NCBI GenBank assembly: GCA_963648635.1
Contig: CAVJEL010000001.1
Location: 4,444 to 68,443 of the forward strand
Direction: 5' to 3'
Source: Ruminococcus intestinalis
Lineage (GTDB): Bacteria > Spirochaetota > Spirochaetia > Sphaerochaetales > Sphaerochaetaceae
DNA length: 64,000 bases
Shown here: piece by piece, positions 45,075-54,681 of the stretch
How the letters are laid out: every line of letters begins with the position of its first letter
Position numbering within the stretch: position 1 is the first letter of the stretch
Made by a program: the position numbers and the translations under genes
The notes under the pieces: generated by a model
Told to the model about the DNA's origin: nothing
Database searches by the model: none
The model's input: only the letters and a program-made list of their open reading frames with translations

Positions 45075-47726
45075 ATGAAAGCTGTCGAGCTTAGCAAGAC
45101 TTATAATCCAAAGGATTTTGAAGACCGCATCTATAGTGAGTGGAAGGAGAAGGGGGAGTTTGCCCCGAAGGACGGAGAGGGACATTTCTCCGTTGTTATG
45201 CCGCCACCGAATGTTACGGGTGTTCTTCACATGGGTCATGCCCTCAATAATAACCTTCAGGACATCATCGTTAGATATAAGAGGATGAAGGGATTTCCGA
45301 CACTCTGGGTTCCCGGAACCGACCATGCAGGAATCGCAACACAGAATGTTGTCGAGAGACAGCTCAAAAAGGAAGGCCTCAGGCGTCAGGACCTCGGGAG
45401 GGAGAAGTTTTTAGAGCGCACATGGCAAGTCAAGGAAAAGCATCACGATATCATAAAGAGCCAGCTTGAGAAGCTCGGCTGTTCATGCGACTGGGACCAC
45501 GAACGTTTTACAATGGACGAGGGGCTGAGCAGGGCTGTAAGGGAAGCATTCGTAACTCTCTACGAGAGGGGCCTTATATATAAAGGTAACTATCTTGTAA
45601 ACTACTGTCCGCACTGTGGAACGGCACTTGCGGATGACGAAGTTGAGTACGAAAATGTTCCGGGTAAACTCTATTCTGTTAGATATCCGTATTCAGACGG
45701 CTCGGGATGGATTACAGTTGCAACAACAAGACCCGAGACTATGTTTGGAGACACTGCCGTTGCAGTCAATCCGACAGATGAGCGCTATACATCAATTATC
45801 GGTAAGACACTTCACCTTCCTCTCACTGATAGAGATATACCAATCATTGCCGACAGCTTCGTCGAGAAGGAATTCGGGACAGGTATGGTCAAGATTACTC
45901 CTGCCCACGACCCGAACGACTGGGAGTGCGGAAAGAGACATAACATGGAGCCGATCAATATCCTCAATCCCGACGGCACACTCAACTCGGCATGTCCGGA
46001 GAAATATCAGGGCTTAAGTGCAATTGAGGCGAGAAAGCTTGTTACAGAGGATTTGAGAGAAGGCGGATACCTAGTAAAGGAGACCGACTACAACCATGAT
46101 GTTGGTCATTGCTACCGCTGTCACACTGTAGTCGAGCCCTATCTCTCGGAGCAATGGTTTGTCCGTATGCGCGGTATGGCCGACAAGGCAATTGATGCAT
46201 GGAAGAAGGGAGATATCGTCTTCTACCCCAAGAGATGGGAGAACACGTACCTACACTGGATGGAGAATATCAAGGACTGGTGTATCTCGCGTCAGCTCTG
46301 GTGGGGACATAGAATTCCCGTATGGTATTGCCGTGACTGCGGTGAGATGATTGTCTCACGCACCGACCCCGATGAGTGTCCGAAATGCAGAAGCCGCAAT
46401 CTCGAGCGCGACAGTGATGTTCTCGATACATGGTTCAGCTCATGGCTCTGGCCTTTCAGTACGCTCGGATGGCCGGAGAAGACCGAAGACTACAAGAAGT
46501 TCTTCCCGACAAATACACTTGTTTCTGCTTACGACATCATATTCTTCTGGATTAGCCGTATGATTATGGCGAGCGAAGAGTTTTTGGGTGTTGCGCCATT
46601 CAAGGACATCGTCATCACAGGGCTCGTGAGAGATATTCAGGGCCGTAAGATGAGTAAGAGCCTCGGTAACGGCATAGACCCGTTGGAGGTTATTGCCGAG
46701 TATGGAGCAGACGCCACGAAGTTCACACTTTGTTATCTAGCAGCTCAGGGCCAGGATGTACAGATAGATATGTCATCATTCAGGCTCGGTTCAAGGTTTG
46801 CAAATAAGATTTGGAATGCAACAAGATTCTTGTTGATGAACCTCGAGGGTAGGGAACTTGTTTCAGTTCCACGCTCCGAGTACTCCCTCTTCGACAGATG
46901 GATTTACGCCGAGCTCAATGATGCTGTGAAGACAATTAACAGCGCGATGGACGGCTACCATTTCAACGAGGCAGCCTCTGCCGTCTATTCCTTCTTCTGG
47001 AATGATTTCTGCGATTGGTATATAGAAGCAAGTAAGAATAGACTTCTCAAGGGTACGGACGAAGAGAAGGACAGAGTAGTGTCCATCATAATGGATGTAC
47101 TCGAGATATCGATGAGGATGATGCACCCATTCCTCTCATTCCTGACGGAGGAGATTTACCAGAAGCTTCCGAATCATAAGGGTGATGTAATTGTACAGTC
47201 CTATCCTGAAGAGACGAAGGAGTGGGAAGACAAAGAGGCACAGGATGCAATTTCCTACCTTATGGAGATAGTAAGGATTGTGCGCGGCGCAAGAAGCTCT
47301 CTCTCAATCGGTCCGGAGAAGAAAATCAAGGTCGTCCTCAGACCCGATAAGGACAATAAGTACATTTCACTTATCAAGAAAGAGAGTGAGGTGATTGCCG
47401 TGTTCATCGGTGCGGGGTCGTTCATCATCGACGACGAGGAGAAAGAGGATGTGTCATCACAGTTCCCGGCACACGGTCAGGGCTTCGAGGCCTTCATCTT
47501 TGCACGTGACGCGATAGATATCGAGAGCGAGATAAAGAAGCTCGAGAACGAGAAGGCTAAGGCTGAGGCGAGCCTTGAGGCATCAATGAAGAAACTTAGT
47601 AATGAGGCCTTCATTGCACATGCTAAACCTGAAGCTGTCGAGAAGGAAAGAAGCAAGAAGGCGGAGTTTGAAGAAACCATAAAGAAGAGCAGCGAGCATA
47701 TAGCACTTCTTGAAAGCCTGAGATAA
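45075..47726 (+). CDS. valS: Valine--tRNA ligase
   Basis: 883 aa with HIGH (LHMGHA), KMSKS, a CP1 editing domain and a C-terminal coiled coil. Confidence 0.95.
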   Translation: MKAVELSKTYNPKDFEDRIYSEWKEKGEFAPKDGEGHFSVVMPPPNVTGVLHMGHALNNNLQDIIVRYKRMKGFPTLWVPGTDHAGIATQNVVERQLKKEGLRRQDLGREKFLERTWQVKEKHHDIIKSQLEKLGCSCDWDHERFTMDEGLSRAVREAFVTLYERGLIYKGNYLVNYCPHCGTALADDEVEYENVPGKLYSVRYPYSDGSGWITVATTRPETMFGDTAVAVNPTDERYTSIIGKTLHLPLTDRDIPIIADSFVEKEFGTGMVKITPAHDPNDWECGKRHNMEPINILNPDGTLNSACPEKYQGLSAIEARKLVTEDLREGGYLVKETDYNHDVGHCYRCHTVVEPYLSEQWFVRMRGMADKAIDAWKKGDIVFYPKRWENTYLHWMENIKDWCISRQLWWGHRIPVWYCRDCGEMIVSRTDPDECPKCRSRNLERDSDVLDTWFSSWLWPFSTLGWPEKTEDYKKFFPTNTLVSAYDIIFFWISRMIMASEEFLGVAPFKDIVITGLVRDIQGRKMSKSLGNGIDPLEVIAEYGADATKFTLCYLAAQGQDVQIDMSSFRLGSRFANKIWNATRFLLMNLEGRELVSVPRSEYSLFDRWIYAELNDAVKTINSAMDGYHFNEAASAVYSFFWNDFCDWYIEASKNRLLKGTDEEKDRVVSIIMDVLEISMRMMHPFLSFLTEEIYQKLPNHKGDVIVQSYPEETKEWEDKEAQDAISYLMEIVRIVRGARSSLSIGPEKKIKVVLRPDKDNKYISLIKKESEVIAVFIGAGSFIIDDEEKEDVSSQFPAHGQGFEAFIFARDAIDIESEIKKLENEKAKAEASLEASMKKLSNEAFIAHAKPEAVEKERSKKAEFEETIKKSSEHIALLESLR

Positions 47727-47743
47727 GAGCTTGAGGCATAAAC

Positions 47744-47777
47744 AAAACCCCCGAGGATTTTTTCCAAGGGGGTTTTA
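47744..47777. terminator. Bidirectional intrinsic terminator between valS and the hc1-like gene
   Basis: AAAACCCCC-N15-GGGGGTTTT. Confidence 0.7.
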
Positions 47778-47790
47778 AATTTAAGAAGGC

Positions 47791-47970
47791 TTAATTAAGC
47801 TTTTCCTTCTCTTCGAGAATCTCAGCTCTTCTTACTTTACTGAGCTTTGCGATGTTGCTGAGTGCATTACGTGCCTTTGTTGCGGAAGACTTCACGCCCT
47901 TAAGCGTAAACTTTTCGTTCTCCTGGAGATAAGTCTCAATTTCTTTCTTGAGTTCTTCGTGAGTTGTCAT
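47791..47970 (-). CDS. Histone H1-like / Hc1-family small nucleoid protein (59 aa, below the ORF-track cut-off)
   Basis: My translation is MTTHEELKKEIETYLQENEKFTLKGVKSSATKARNALSNIAKLSKVRRAEILEEKEKLN. GGAG lies 8 nt upstream. The pattern F..KG.K.A.T..R.AL..I..L....R resembles the ~60-aa bacterial histone H1 family. Confidence 0.65.
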   Translation of the reverse strand: MTTHEELKKEIETYLQENEKFTLKGVKSSATKARNALSNIAKLSKVRRAEILEEKEKLN

Positions 47971-47997
47971 TTTGTACTCCTTTTGTATGAGTTTAAA

Positions 47998-49143
47998 CTA
48001 GACTTCGTCGCCTTTCCATATAAATTTTTTCCCTCTCATACGTGTATATACACTATGGAGGTACATTGCACATATTAGGGTTATCGAGAGCACTCCAGAA
48101 AGGGAAGTGGACGTGCGGAACTTCAATGCCTTTCCCGCACTGAACCAGCTTATATTAATCATGAGCCATCCCGAAAGGGCAGCAAAGAGGAGGTCATATC
48201 TTCCATAGAGCAAGTAGAGTGGCGTCCAGAGAGGTGCGTACGATACTGTAATGAGAATTGCGACAACAATTATCAGAGCGATAAAAAGCCAGAATGAAGG
48301 AGGAAATACTCCCGCAAGCGACCTTTCAATGCCGTTAAACGCTTCCGGTCCCGTCTCATACATTCTGCATGAAACATCCCTGCTGAGGGTTGTGAATGCG
48401 TATTTCTTCTTGTTCTTCAAAAATAGTTTGATTATTCCCAAATCATCACATATCTCGCCATTAAGCTTTTCGTATCCACCGCACTCATCGTAGGATGTCT
48501 TCTTCATCATGATGAACTGCCCAATTCCTATTGCAAATGATGATAGGTGGAGGGTGTTGAAGATGAAGTGGGGGATGCATACATTGGAGAAAACCATGCT
48601 TGCCGTGATTGTTCGTGCCATGTATGACGAGGAATACTCTGCGGGAAAGCCCGAGAATATATCAAGATTCTGGCTCTCCATAACCTTGAGTGCGTTGATA
48701 ACACTTTGACTGCCGTGGATTGTGTCGGCATCGGTGCATAGAAGGTATTTACCCTTTGCATGGGGGATTATATTGAGCATGGCGTTCATCTTGCCGTGCT
48801 TCGAGTACTTCTTCTCGACAGTCTTGTAGCCCCTGACCCTGCTGTCTTTCTTTTCGTACTCTTGTATGATATCCCACGTCCTATCCGTCGAGCGGTCGTC
48901 GGCTACAAGTATTTCGATATTCCTGTATTCCTGGGTTATCATACTCTCGAGGAGCGTCGGGAGGTTCTTCTCCTCATTACGCGCAGGTATGATTATAGAT
49001 ACAAGTGGACTCTGGGAAAGTTTATGCTTCTTTCCCTTGCTGTTGATTATATGGAAACGTATTGCATTGAGTGAGGTGCATATGACAAGCCATAGACCGA
49101 ATATCAGGGTGATGTATGCAACGATGCTCAGGTATATATTCAC
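47998..49143 (-). CDS. Membrane-anchored family 2 glycosyltransferase
   Basis: 381 aa with an N-terminal TM. It carries VSIIIPARNEEKNL, DDRSTDRT and TDADT (DXD) motifs, plus C-terminal TM segments. Confidence 0.85.
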   Translation of the reverse strand: MNIYLSIVAYITLIFGLWLVICTSLNAIRFHIINSKGKKHKLSQSPLVSIIIPARNEEKNLPTLLESMITQEYRNIEILVADDRSTDRTWDIIQEYEKKDSRVRGYKTVEKKYSKHGKMNAMLNIIPHAKGKYLLCTDADTIHGSQSVINALKVMESQNLDIFSGFPAEYSSSYMARTITASMVFSNVCIPHFIFNTLHLSSFAIGIGQFIMMKKTSYDECGGYEKLNGEICDDLGIIKLFLKNKKKYAFTTLSRDVSCRMYETGPEAFNGIERSLAGVFPPSFWLFIALIIVVAILITVSYAPLWTPLYLLYGRYDLLFAALSGWLMINISWFSAGKALKFRTSTSLSGVLSITLICAMYLHSVYTRMRGKKFIWKGDEV

Positions 49144-49853
49144 TTTTTATCAAGTTTCTCCTTAAGTTCGAGGAGTGTTTTCTCTCCGTTATAGATGTTC
49201 AAGGCTTCAGTAAGGAACTCTTTCGCCTCTGTATAATCATGCCTGTTATAGCTGGCATAGGCAAGAGCACCGTATAGTGAATATTTGTTTTCTTCGCTGA
49301 GTGTCGATACGATTTCTAACAGGGGAGTGAGGATTTTGATTGCATTCTTGTTCGACCCGCCCGCTATCTGGGGAGTGTAGATAAGTCTCCAGGCATTGGT
49401 AATCACCACATAAACTTCATCCGGGTAATTCTCGTAGAGCTTCTTTGTCATCGAGCTGTTTTCCATTCCTGTGAACATGTCGCCGGAAATGTAATAGTCC
49501 GAGCTCTTGAGGTCTGCGCGCGATATATCTCCTAAAACACTCTCATTATTCTCGAGCTCTGCCACAGCATCTTCTTCTTTCTCAAAGTGTTCTTTCGCCT
49601 TATCTTTCTCATCGTTATCCATGTAGTAGCGCACCATGTTGTATTCGGCGCGTGCAATTTCTACATAGGACAACTCAGTTGATGTGTATTTGTTATATAC
49701 ACTTTCAACTTCACTGGGGCTTCTGTTTTCCTTGATTGCCCTGTAAAGTGCATCCCACTCCGAGTTTGAATATATGCTGTAGCTGTCCGTATATGCAAAT
49801 AGAGCGGCAGTAATTGAGAACAAGAGTACAAACAATAATAGTTTCTTTTTCAC
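49140..49853 (-). CDS. Hypothetical secreted helical-repeat (TPR-like) protein
   Basis: 237 aa with signal peptide MKKKLLLFVLLFSITAALFA. Its stop region overlaps the GT2 start by 4 nt. Confidence 0.5.
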   Translation of the reverse strand: MKKKLLLFVLLFSITAALFAYTDSYSIYSNSEWDALYRAIKENRSPSEVESVYNKYTSTELSYVEIARAEYNMVRYYMDNDEKDKAKEHFEKEEDAVAELENNESVLGDISRADLKSSDYYISGDMFTGMENSSMTKKLYENYPDEVYVVITNAWRLIYTPQIAGGSNKNAIKILTPLLEIVSTLSEENKYSLYGALAYASYNRHDYTEAKEFLTEALNIYNGEKTLLELKEKLDKK

Positions 49854-49861
49854 TTTTTCAC

Positions 49862-51091
49862 CTACAAGTATTTAATATCTGAAAGCTTACGGATTATGTA
49901 GCCTTCCTTAAGTGGAAGAGCCGTCTTTATAAAGCCTTTCTTCATATGGTCAAGCTGTAGAAGAGGAAAGCCGTTCTCGTCGACGAGTGTGTAGTCACTA
50001 CACTCCAGAAGAGACACGTCGGGCCCTATGAACTCGAGCTTGTCGCCCCGTGCAATATGGTTTTTGCACTTTATTTCGTAGCAGTTTTCCCCTGTCTTTT
50101 CTCCTATAGTCCCCAGGAATGTGTAGTTCCTCTCGTAGCCGTAGCTTGTGGGAGTGGAGACCTCAGCCTTTGTTTCGAAGGGGTCGGAGGCATAGAAGAA
50201 GCCTGTGGTGAACTCTCTATGCGATACATCATAGATATCTCTCATGTAGTCCGCCTTATCGGGAGCGTTGTCTATGGCCTTTCTGTATGCTCTTGTCACA
50301 ACGGCAACGTAGTACACACTCTTCATCCTTCCTTCGATTTTGAGCGAGTCGAGACCGGCCCTTTTCAAGTCGTCGATGTGGTCTATCATACAGAGGTCTT
50401 TGGAAGAAAGGATTGTTGTATAGCCGTCACCTTCCTCAATTGGGAAGTAGTGGCCCTTTCTTTCCTCCTCTTCGAGTGCATACATCAAACGGTAGTTCCA
50501 CCTGCATGTGTGGGAGCAGTCGCCCCTATTTGCACTGCGCCCGGTGAGGGCAGAGGAGAGTATACACCTCCCGGAGTACGCCATACACATTGCGCCATGA
50601 ACGAAGGCCTCGAGCTCGAGATTGGGCACCTTGTCCTTTATCCTCTTTATGTCGTCGAGAGAAGCCTCCCTCCCGAGTATAACCCTCCTAAAGCCCATAT
50701 CACGATACATCTTCGCGCTTTCACTGTTTATACAGCTTGCCTGTGTCGAAAGATGTAATTCAATTGAGGGGAAGTTCTTCTGAAAGAAGGGGACAGTTCC
50801 GATATCGCTGACAATGAATGCATCGAAGGGCCAGAGTGCAATCTCGTCCTTCATTGTTTCGAGCATCTCTATCTGATTCTGCCTGAAGAGTATGTTCATC
50901 GTGCAATAGAGCTTCTTCCCGCTCTTCTTTTTAATTTGTTTCACCTTCTCCAGTTCATCGGGAGAAAAGTTATCTGCATTGGCCCTGAGGGAGAATTTCG
51001 TCAACCCCATGTAGGCTGCATCGGCACCGTAGTTGAATGCTGTTTCCAGCTTTTCGCTGTTCCCCGCGGGGGAGAGTAATTCTATTGCCAC
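49862..51091 (-). CDS. Peptidase U32 family protein
   Basis: 409 aa. N-terminus MAIELLSPAGN...GADAAYMG and E.F.HGAMCMAYSGRC are hallmark U32 motifs. Confidence 0.9.
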   Translation of the reverse strand: MAIELLSPAGNSEKLETAFNYGADAAYMGLTKFSLRANADNFSPDELEKVKQIKKKSGKKLYCTMNILFRQNQIEMLETMKDEIALWPFDAFIVSDIGTVPFFQKNFPSIELHLSTQASCINSESAKMYRDMGFRRVILGREASLDDIKRIKDKVPNLELEAFVHGAMCMAYSGRCILSSALTGRSANRGDCSHTCRWNYRLMYALEEEERKGHYFPIEEGDGYTTILSSKDLCMIDHIDDLKRAGLDSLKIEGRMKSVYYVAVVTRAYRKAIDNAPDKADYMRDIYDVSHREFTTGFFYASDPFETKAEVSTPTSYGYERNYTFLGTIGEKTGENCYEIKCKNHIARGDKLEFIGPDVSLLECSDYTLVDENGFPLLQLDHMKKGFIKTALPLKEGYIIRKLSDIKYL

Positions 51092-53553
51092 TTGAACGCC
51101 CTCGAGAAGGCTTCGGCCTGTAGAGTAAGGGCATTCTGTTTCTCTTCCTCTTCCTTCTCTGTTATTTTTTTGTTGACCCTTTCCAGTTCAATCTTACTCA
51201 GTCTTTCGCTTGTCTCGGTCGGGAAGGCAATTTTGATGACATCAAGAATATTCTTGACTGTGTGGAAGACTACGTCTCCCTTGACTTCGTCATCAAGTTT
51301 CTCCAAATCCCTCCTGTTGTCCTCGGGGATTATGATTTCCTTAATATTGTTTCTTCTTGCGCCGAGAATCTTCTCCTTGAGGCCTCCGATAGCCTCGACT
51401 TTGCCCGTGAGGGTAAGCTCTCCTGTCATAGCTAACGCCTTCTTGACTGGAAGCCCTCTATACATGCTCCATAGTGCCGAGAAAAGTGTTATTCCCGCAC
51501 TCGGACCGTCCTTCGGTACTGCACCTTCGGGGCAGTGCAAGTGTACGGAGTTCTTTGTGAAGTAACTGAGATCGAGTCCCCTCAAGTATGCTTCATGCTT
51601 GACTGAGGAGAATGCAATCGAGACGCTTTCCTTCATTACATCCCCAAGCTGTCCCGTGACCTTCATATCTCCCTTTTCGGGAATTGAAACAGCCTCGACG
51701 GGAATTACATCGCCGCCCATCTGTGTCCACGCGAGTCCCATCGCCATACCCACTGTATCTGCAACGATGATTCTGTCGGCTGGGAACGGCGGAAGACCAA
51801 GGTATGACTTGAGGTCCTTCTCCTTCACCTTTATCTGCACTTTTTCTTCGCCTTCCGGTGTTTCAAGAATCTTGAGTGCAGCTTTACGCATTATCTTATC
51901 GAGTTCATTCCTGAACTGTCTCACACCCGCTTCACGCGCATATTCCTCGGCAACACGCGAGAGCGCCTTGTCCTCAATTTTGAACTCCTTCTTTTCTAGT
52001 CCGTTCTTCTTCAAAAGATTTGGTATAAGGTAATCCTTACCTATGTGGAGCTTCTCGAGCGGAGTGTAGCCACTCATTTCGATTATCTCCATTCTGTCAT
52101 AGAGAGGTCTCGGTATTTGCGATATATCATTAGCAGTCACTATGAATAGGACATGCGATAAATCATATGGAAGGTCGAGATAGAAGTCCCTGTAGGCATT
52201 GTTCTGCTCGGGGTCAAGAACCTCTAAGAGTGCACTAGCCGGGTCACCGTTGTGGCTCTCTCCCATCTTATCTATCTCGTCTATGAGGATAACCGGGTCA
52301 GTTACGCCCGTGCTCTTCATGGCCTGAATTAGCTTACCTGGCATTGCGCCGACGTAGGTACGCCTGTGGCCCTTTATCTCGGCTTCGTCCCTCATGCCGC
52401 CTACACTGAAGCGGTAGAATTTTCTACCCAGTGCTCTTGCTATTGATGCTCCGACACTGGTCTTTCCGACTCCGGGAGGACCGTAGAGGCAGATGACTGC
52501 ACCTTTGCTGTTTCCCGCCTTCAAGCGCGATGCAAGAAATTCGACAATACGCTCCTTAACTTCCTTCATCCCGTAGTGGTCTTTCTCAAGCTGCTCCTTG
52601 ACAGTGACTATGGAGTAGGACGGAGCCTTTTCCTCGAAGGAGAAGGGGAGGTCGAGAATAGTCTCGATATAGAGCTTTGTAAGCATGTACTCGGGGTTCA
52701 TCGCATCAAGGGAATTGAGTTTTTCCATTTCTTTGTTGAGTGTATCTCTGTACTCCGGTGGAAGTGCCTTTGCTGCCGCCCTCTCGTAGATATCACCTTT
52801 GGTGCCACCCCCGTCGCGCTCGGTTGCAATTGTGTTTCCGAGCTCTGCATTGAGCGCCCTGATCTGCTCTCTGATTATTGCTTCCTTGTTTCTGTTCTTC
52901 ACCCTTTCGATGAATGCCTTCTTCACCTCTTCTTCTTTCTCGAGTATCTCCTTCTCGCCCGAGATATATGCAGTGAGGGAGGTGATTCTCTTCTTTACGT
53001 CTGTCTCTTCCAATAGTTCCTGCAAGAATTCCTTAGGCGCCGAAACAAGAGCGGAGGCAGCATACCAGCATGCAGCCTCGGGGCTGTCAAAGTTGGTAAT
53101 ATTCACATCTGTTATGAAATTGAAGATTCCGCTCTTGCTCATTGAAGACACAAGGTCTTTAAGAATCCTTGTATAAGGCTGGAGGCTCTTGGTCTGACTC
53201 GGTTTATCGAATAGAGTCTCACCGTCGGCAAAATATGGAGTTGAGTCCTTTTTGAGGGAAGTGATGGTTACTCTTTTAACTGTAGTTGTGAAAAGGTGGA
53301 TGCAATTATTCGGGAGTCTGATGAATTTGGAAATCTTAACAAGAGTTCCAACCGTCCTTAATGAATTTTCGTCATCATTGTCCTGTAGGACAGCCACGAA
53401 GTAGCCGTCGTGCTCGACAGCCCAGTTTATGACCCTGAGGTCATAGGGTCTTGCAATCATGAGGGTTGTAAGTGTCTCTGGAAAGAGAGGTCTCTCCCTC
53501 AACGGCAGTACCGGGATGCCGGAAAATTTGTCCTCTGTATATTTATCGTCCAT
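51082..53553 (-). CDS. lon: ATP-dependent Lon protease
   Basis: I moved the start to the ATG at 53553 (MDDKYTEDKFSGIPVLPLRERPLFPE, LON N-domain). Walker A GPPGVGKTS and the protease site DGPSAG are present. It overlaps the U32 start by 10 nt. Confidence 0.95.
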   Translation of the reverse strand: MDDKYTEDKFSGIPVLPLRERPLFPETLTTLMIARPYDLRVINWAVEHDGYFVAVLQDNDDENSLRTVGTLVKISKFIRLPNNCIHLFTTTVKRVTITSLKKDSTPYFADGETLFDKPSQTKSLQPYTRILKDLVSSMSKSGIFNFITDVNITNFDSPEAACWYAASALVSAPKEFLQELLEETDVKKRITSLTAYISGEKEILEKEEEVKKAFIERVKNRNKEAIIREQIRALNAELGNTIATERDGGGTKGDIYERAAAKALPPEYRDTLNKEMEKLNSLDAMNPEYMLTKLYIETILDLPFSFEEKAPSYSIVTVKEQLEKDHYGMKEVKERIVEFLASRLKAGNSKGAVICLYGPPGVGKTSVGASIARALGRKFYRFSVGGMRDEAEIKGHRRTYVGAMPGKLIQAMKSTGVTDPVILIDEIDKMGESHNGDPASALLEVLDPEQNNAYRDFYLDLPYDLSHVLFIVTANDISQIPRPLYDRMEIIEMSGYTPLEKLHIGKDYLIPNLLKKNGLEKKEFKIEDKALSRVAEEYAREAGVRQFRNELDKIMRKAALKILETPEGEEKVQIKVKEKDLKSYLGLPPFPADRIIVADTVGMAMGLAWTQMGGDVIPVEAVSIPEKGDMKVTGQLGDVMKESVSIAFSSVKHEAYLRGLDLSYFTKNSVHLHCPEGAVPKDGPSAGITLFSALWSMYRGLPVKKALAMTGELTLTGKVEAIGGLKEKILGARRNNIKEIIIPEDNRRDLEKLDDEVKGDVVFHTVKNILDVIKIAFPTETSERLSKIELERVNKKITEKEEEEKQNALTLQAEAFSRAFKWQ

Positions 53554-53689
53554 AAATAGTCCTCTAACAGGATAATATAATACAAAAAAAGAAGAACGTG
53601 ATGAAGGGTGGGCAAAGTTTAGGGTAATTCTTTTAAAATTGTTGCATTTTGTTGCAGATGTGCTATTCTCTCTCCAAAGGAAGTTAAAA

Positions 53690-54634
53690 ATGAAAGGAAA
53701 ATTAATTGTAATAGCAATAGGTGGTAATTCTCTTATCGAAGACAGCAAGCATGTCACGGTAAAGAGTCAATATGAAGCAGCATCAAAGACAGCTTATCAT
53801 ATTGCGCGTCTTGTGAAGGCCGGTAATAAGGTTGTAATTGCACATGGAAACGGACCGCAGGTTGGGTACATCCTCAGACGTGCCGAAATTGCCTCCAGCG
53901 AGCTCCATACCGTTCCCCTCGACAGCTGTGTTGCAGATACACAGGGTGCAATTGGCTATCAGCTCCAGATGGCACTGGATAACCAGATGGTGAAGGAAGG
54001 TGTCGATAAAAACATCGTCACAGTTGTTACACAGGTTGAAGTCAGAGATGATGACCCGTCATTCAAGAAACCGACAAAACCAATCGGCTCCTTTATGAGT
54101 GAAGAAGTTGCAATGGAACACAAGACCAAGGACAACTGGAGTGTCGTCGAGGATGCAGGAAGGGGATATAGGCGTGTTGTTGCCTCCCCGAAGCCTGTTT
54201 CAATCATCGAGCTCGAGACAATCAGGTGCCTTCTTGACAACGGCATTATCGTAATTGCTGCAGGCGGCGGTGGAATTCCCGTTGTCAGAAATCAGGACGG
54301 AACACTCTCGGGGCGCGAAGCTGTAATCGACAAGGACCTTGCAGCTGCAATGCTTGCTAAAGACCTCAATGCAGATATGTTCGTAATTTCTACAGCAGTG
54401 CCGAAGGTATGTCTCAACTTCGGTAAGCCTGATGAGAGAAAACTCGACTTAATGAGTACAGCGGAAGCTGAAGAGTTCATCAAGGAGGGACATTTCGCCC
54501 CCGGTTCGATGCTTCCGAAGATTCAGGCACTCAAGGACTTCGTATCGTCTACGGGTAATGTGGGTATAGTAACGGACCCGGAAAACCTCTACGACGCTGT
54601 CTACGGCAACATGGGAACAAAGATAGTCAAATAA
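53690..54634 (+). CDS. arcC: Carbamate kinase
   Basis: I moved the start to the ATG at 53690 (MKGKLIVIAIGGNSL). HGNGPQVG and the amino-acid kinase fold are present. Confidence 0.9.
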   Translation: MKGKLIVIAIGGNSLIEDSKHVTVKSQYEAASKTAYHIARLVKAGNKVVIAHGNGPQVGYILRRAEIASSELHTVPLDSCVADTQGAIGYQLQMALDNQMVKEGVDKNIVTVVTQVEVRDDDPSFKKPTKPIGSFMSEEVAMEHKTKDNWSVVEDAGRGYRRVVASPKPVSIIELETIRCLLDNGIIVIAAGGGGIPVVRNQDGTLSGREAVIDKDLAAAMLAKDLNADMFVISTAVPKVCLNFGKPDERKLDLMSTAEAEEFIKEGHFAPGSMLPKIQALKDFVSSTGNVGIVTDPENLYDAVYGNMGTKIVK

Positions 54635-54652
54635 TTGACGCCCATTCAATTC

Positions 54653-54679
54653 AAAGGCCCGCATTCTCAGCGGGCTTTT
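54653..54679. terminator. Bidirectional hairpin terminator
   Basis: AAAG-GCCCGC-ATTCTCA-GCGGGC-TTTT. Confidence 0.6.
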
Positions 54680-54681
54680 AA

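Noticed and set aside
50057-50758. 233-aa plus-strand ORF antisense to the U32 peptidase gene
   Set aside because: It is a shadow ORF inside a gene with hallmark U32 motifs. It has no SD and no recognisable domains.
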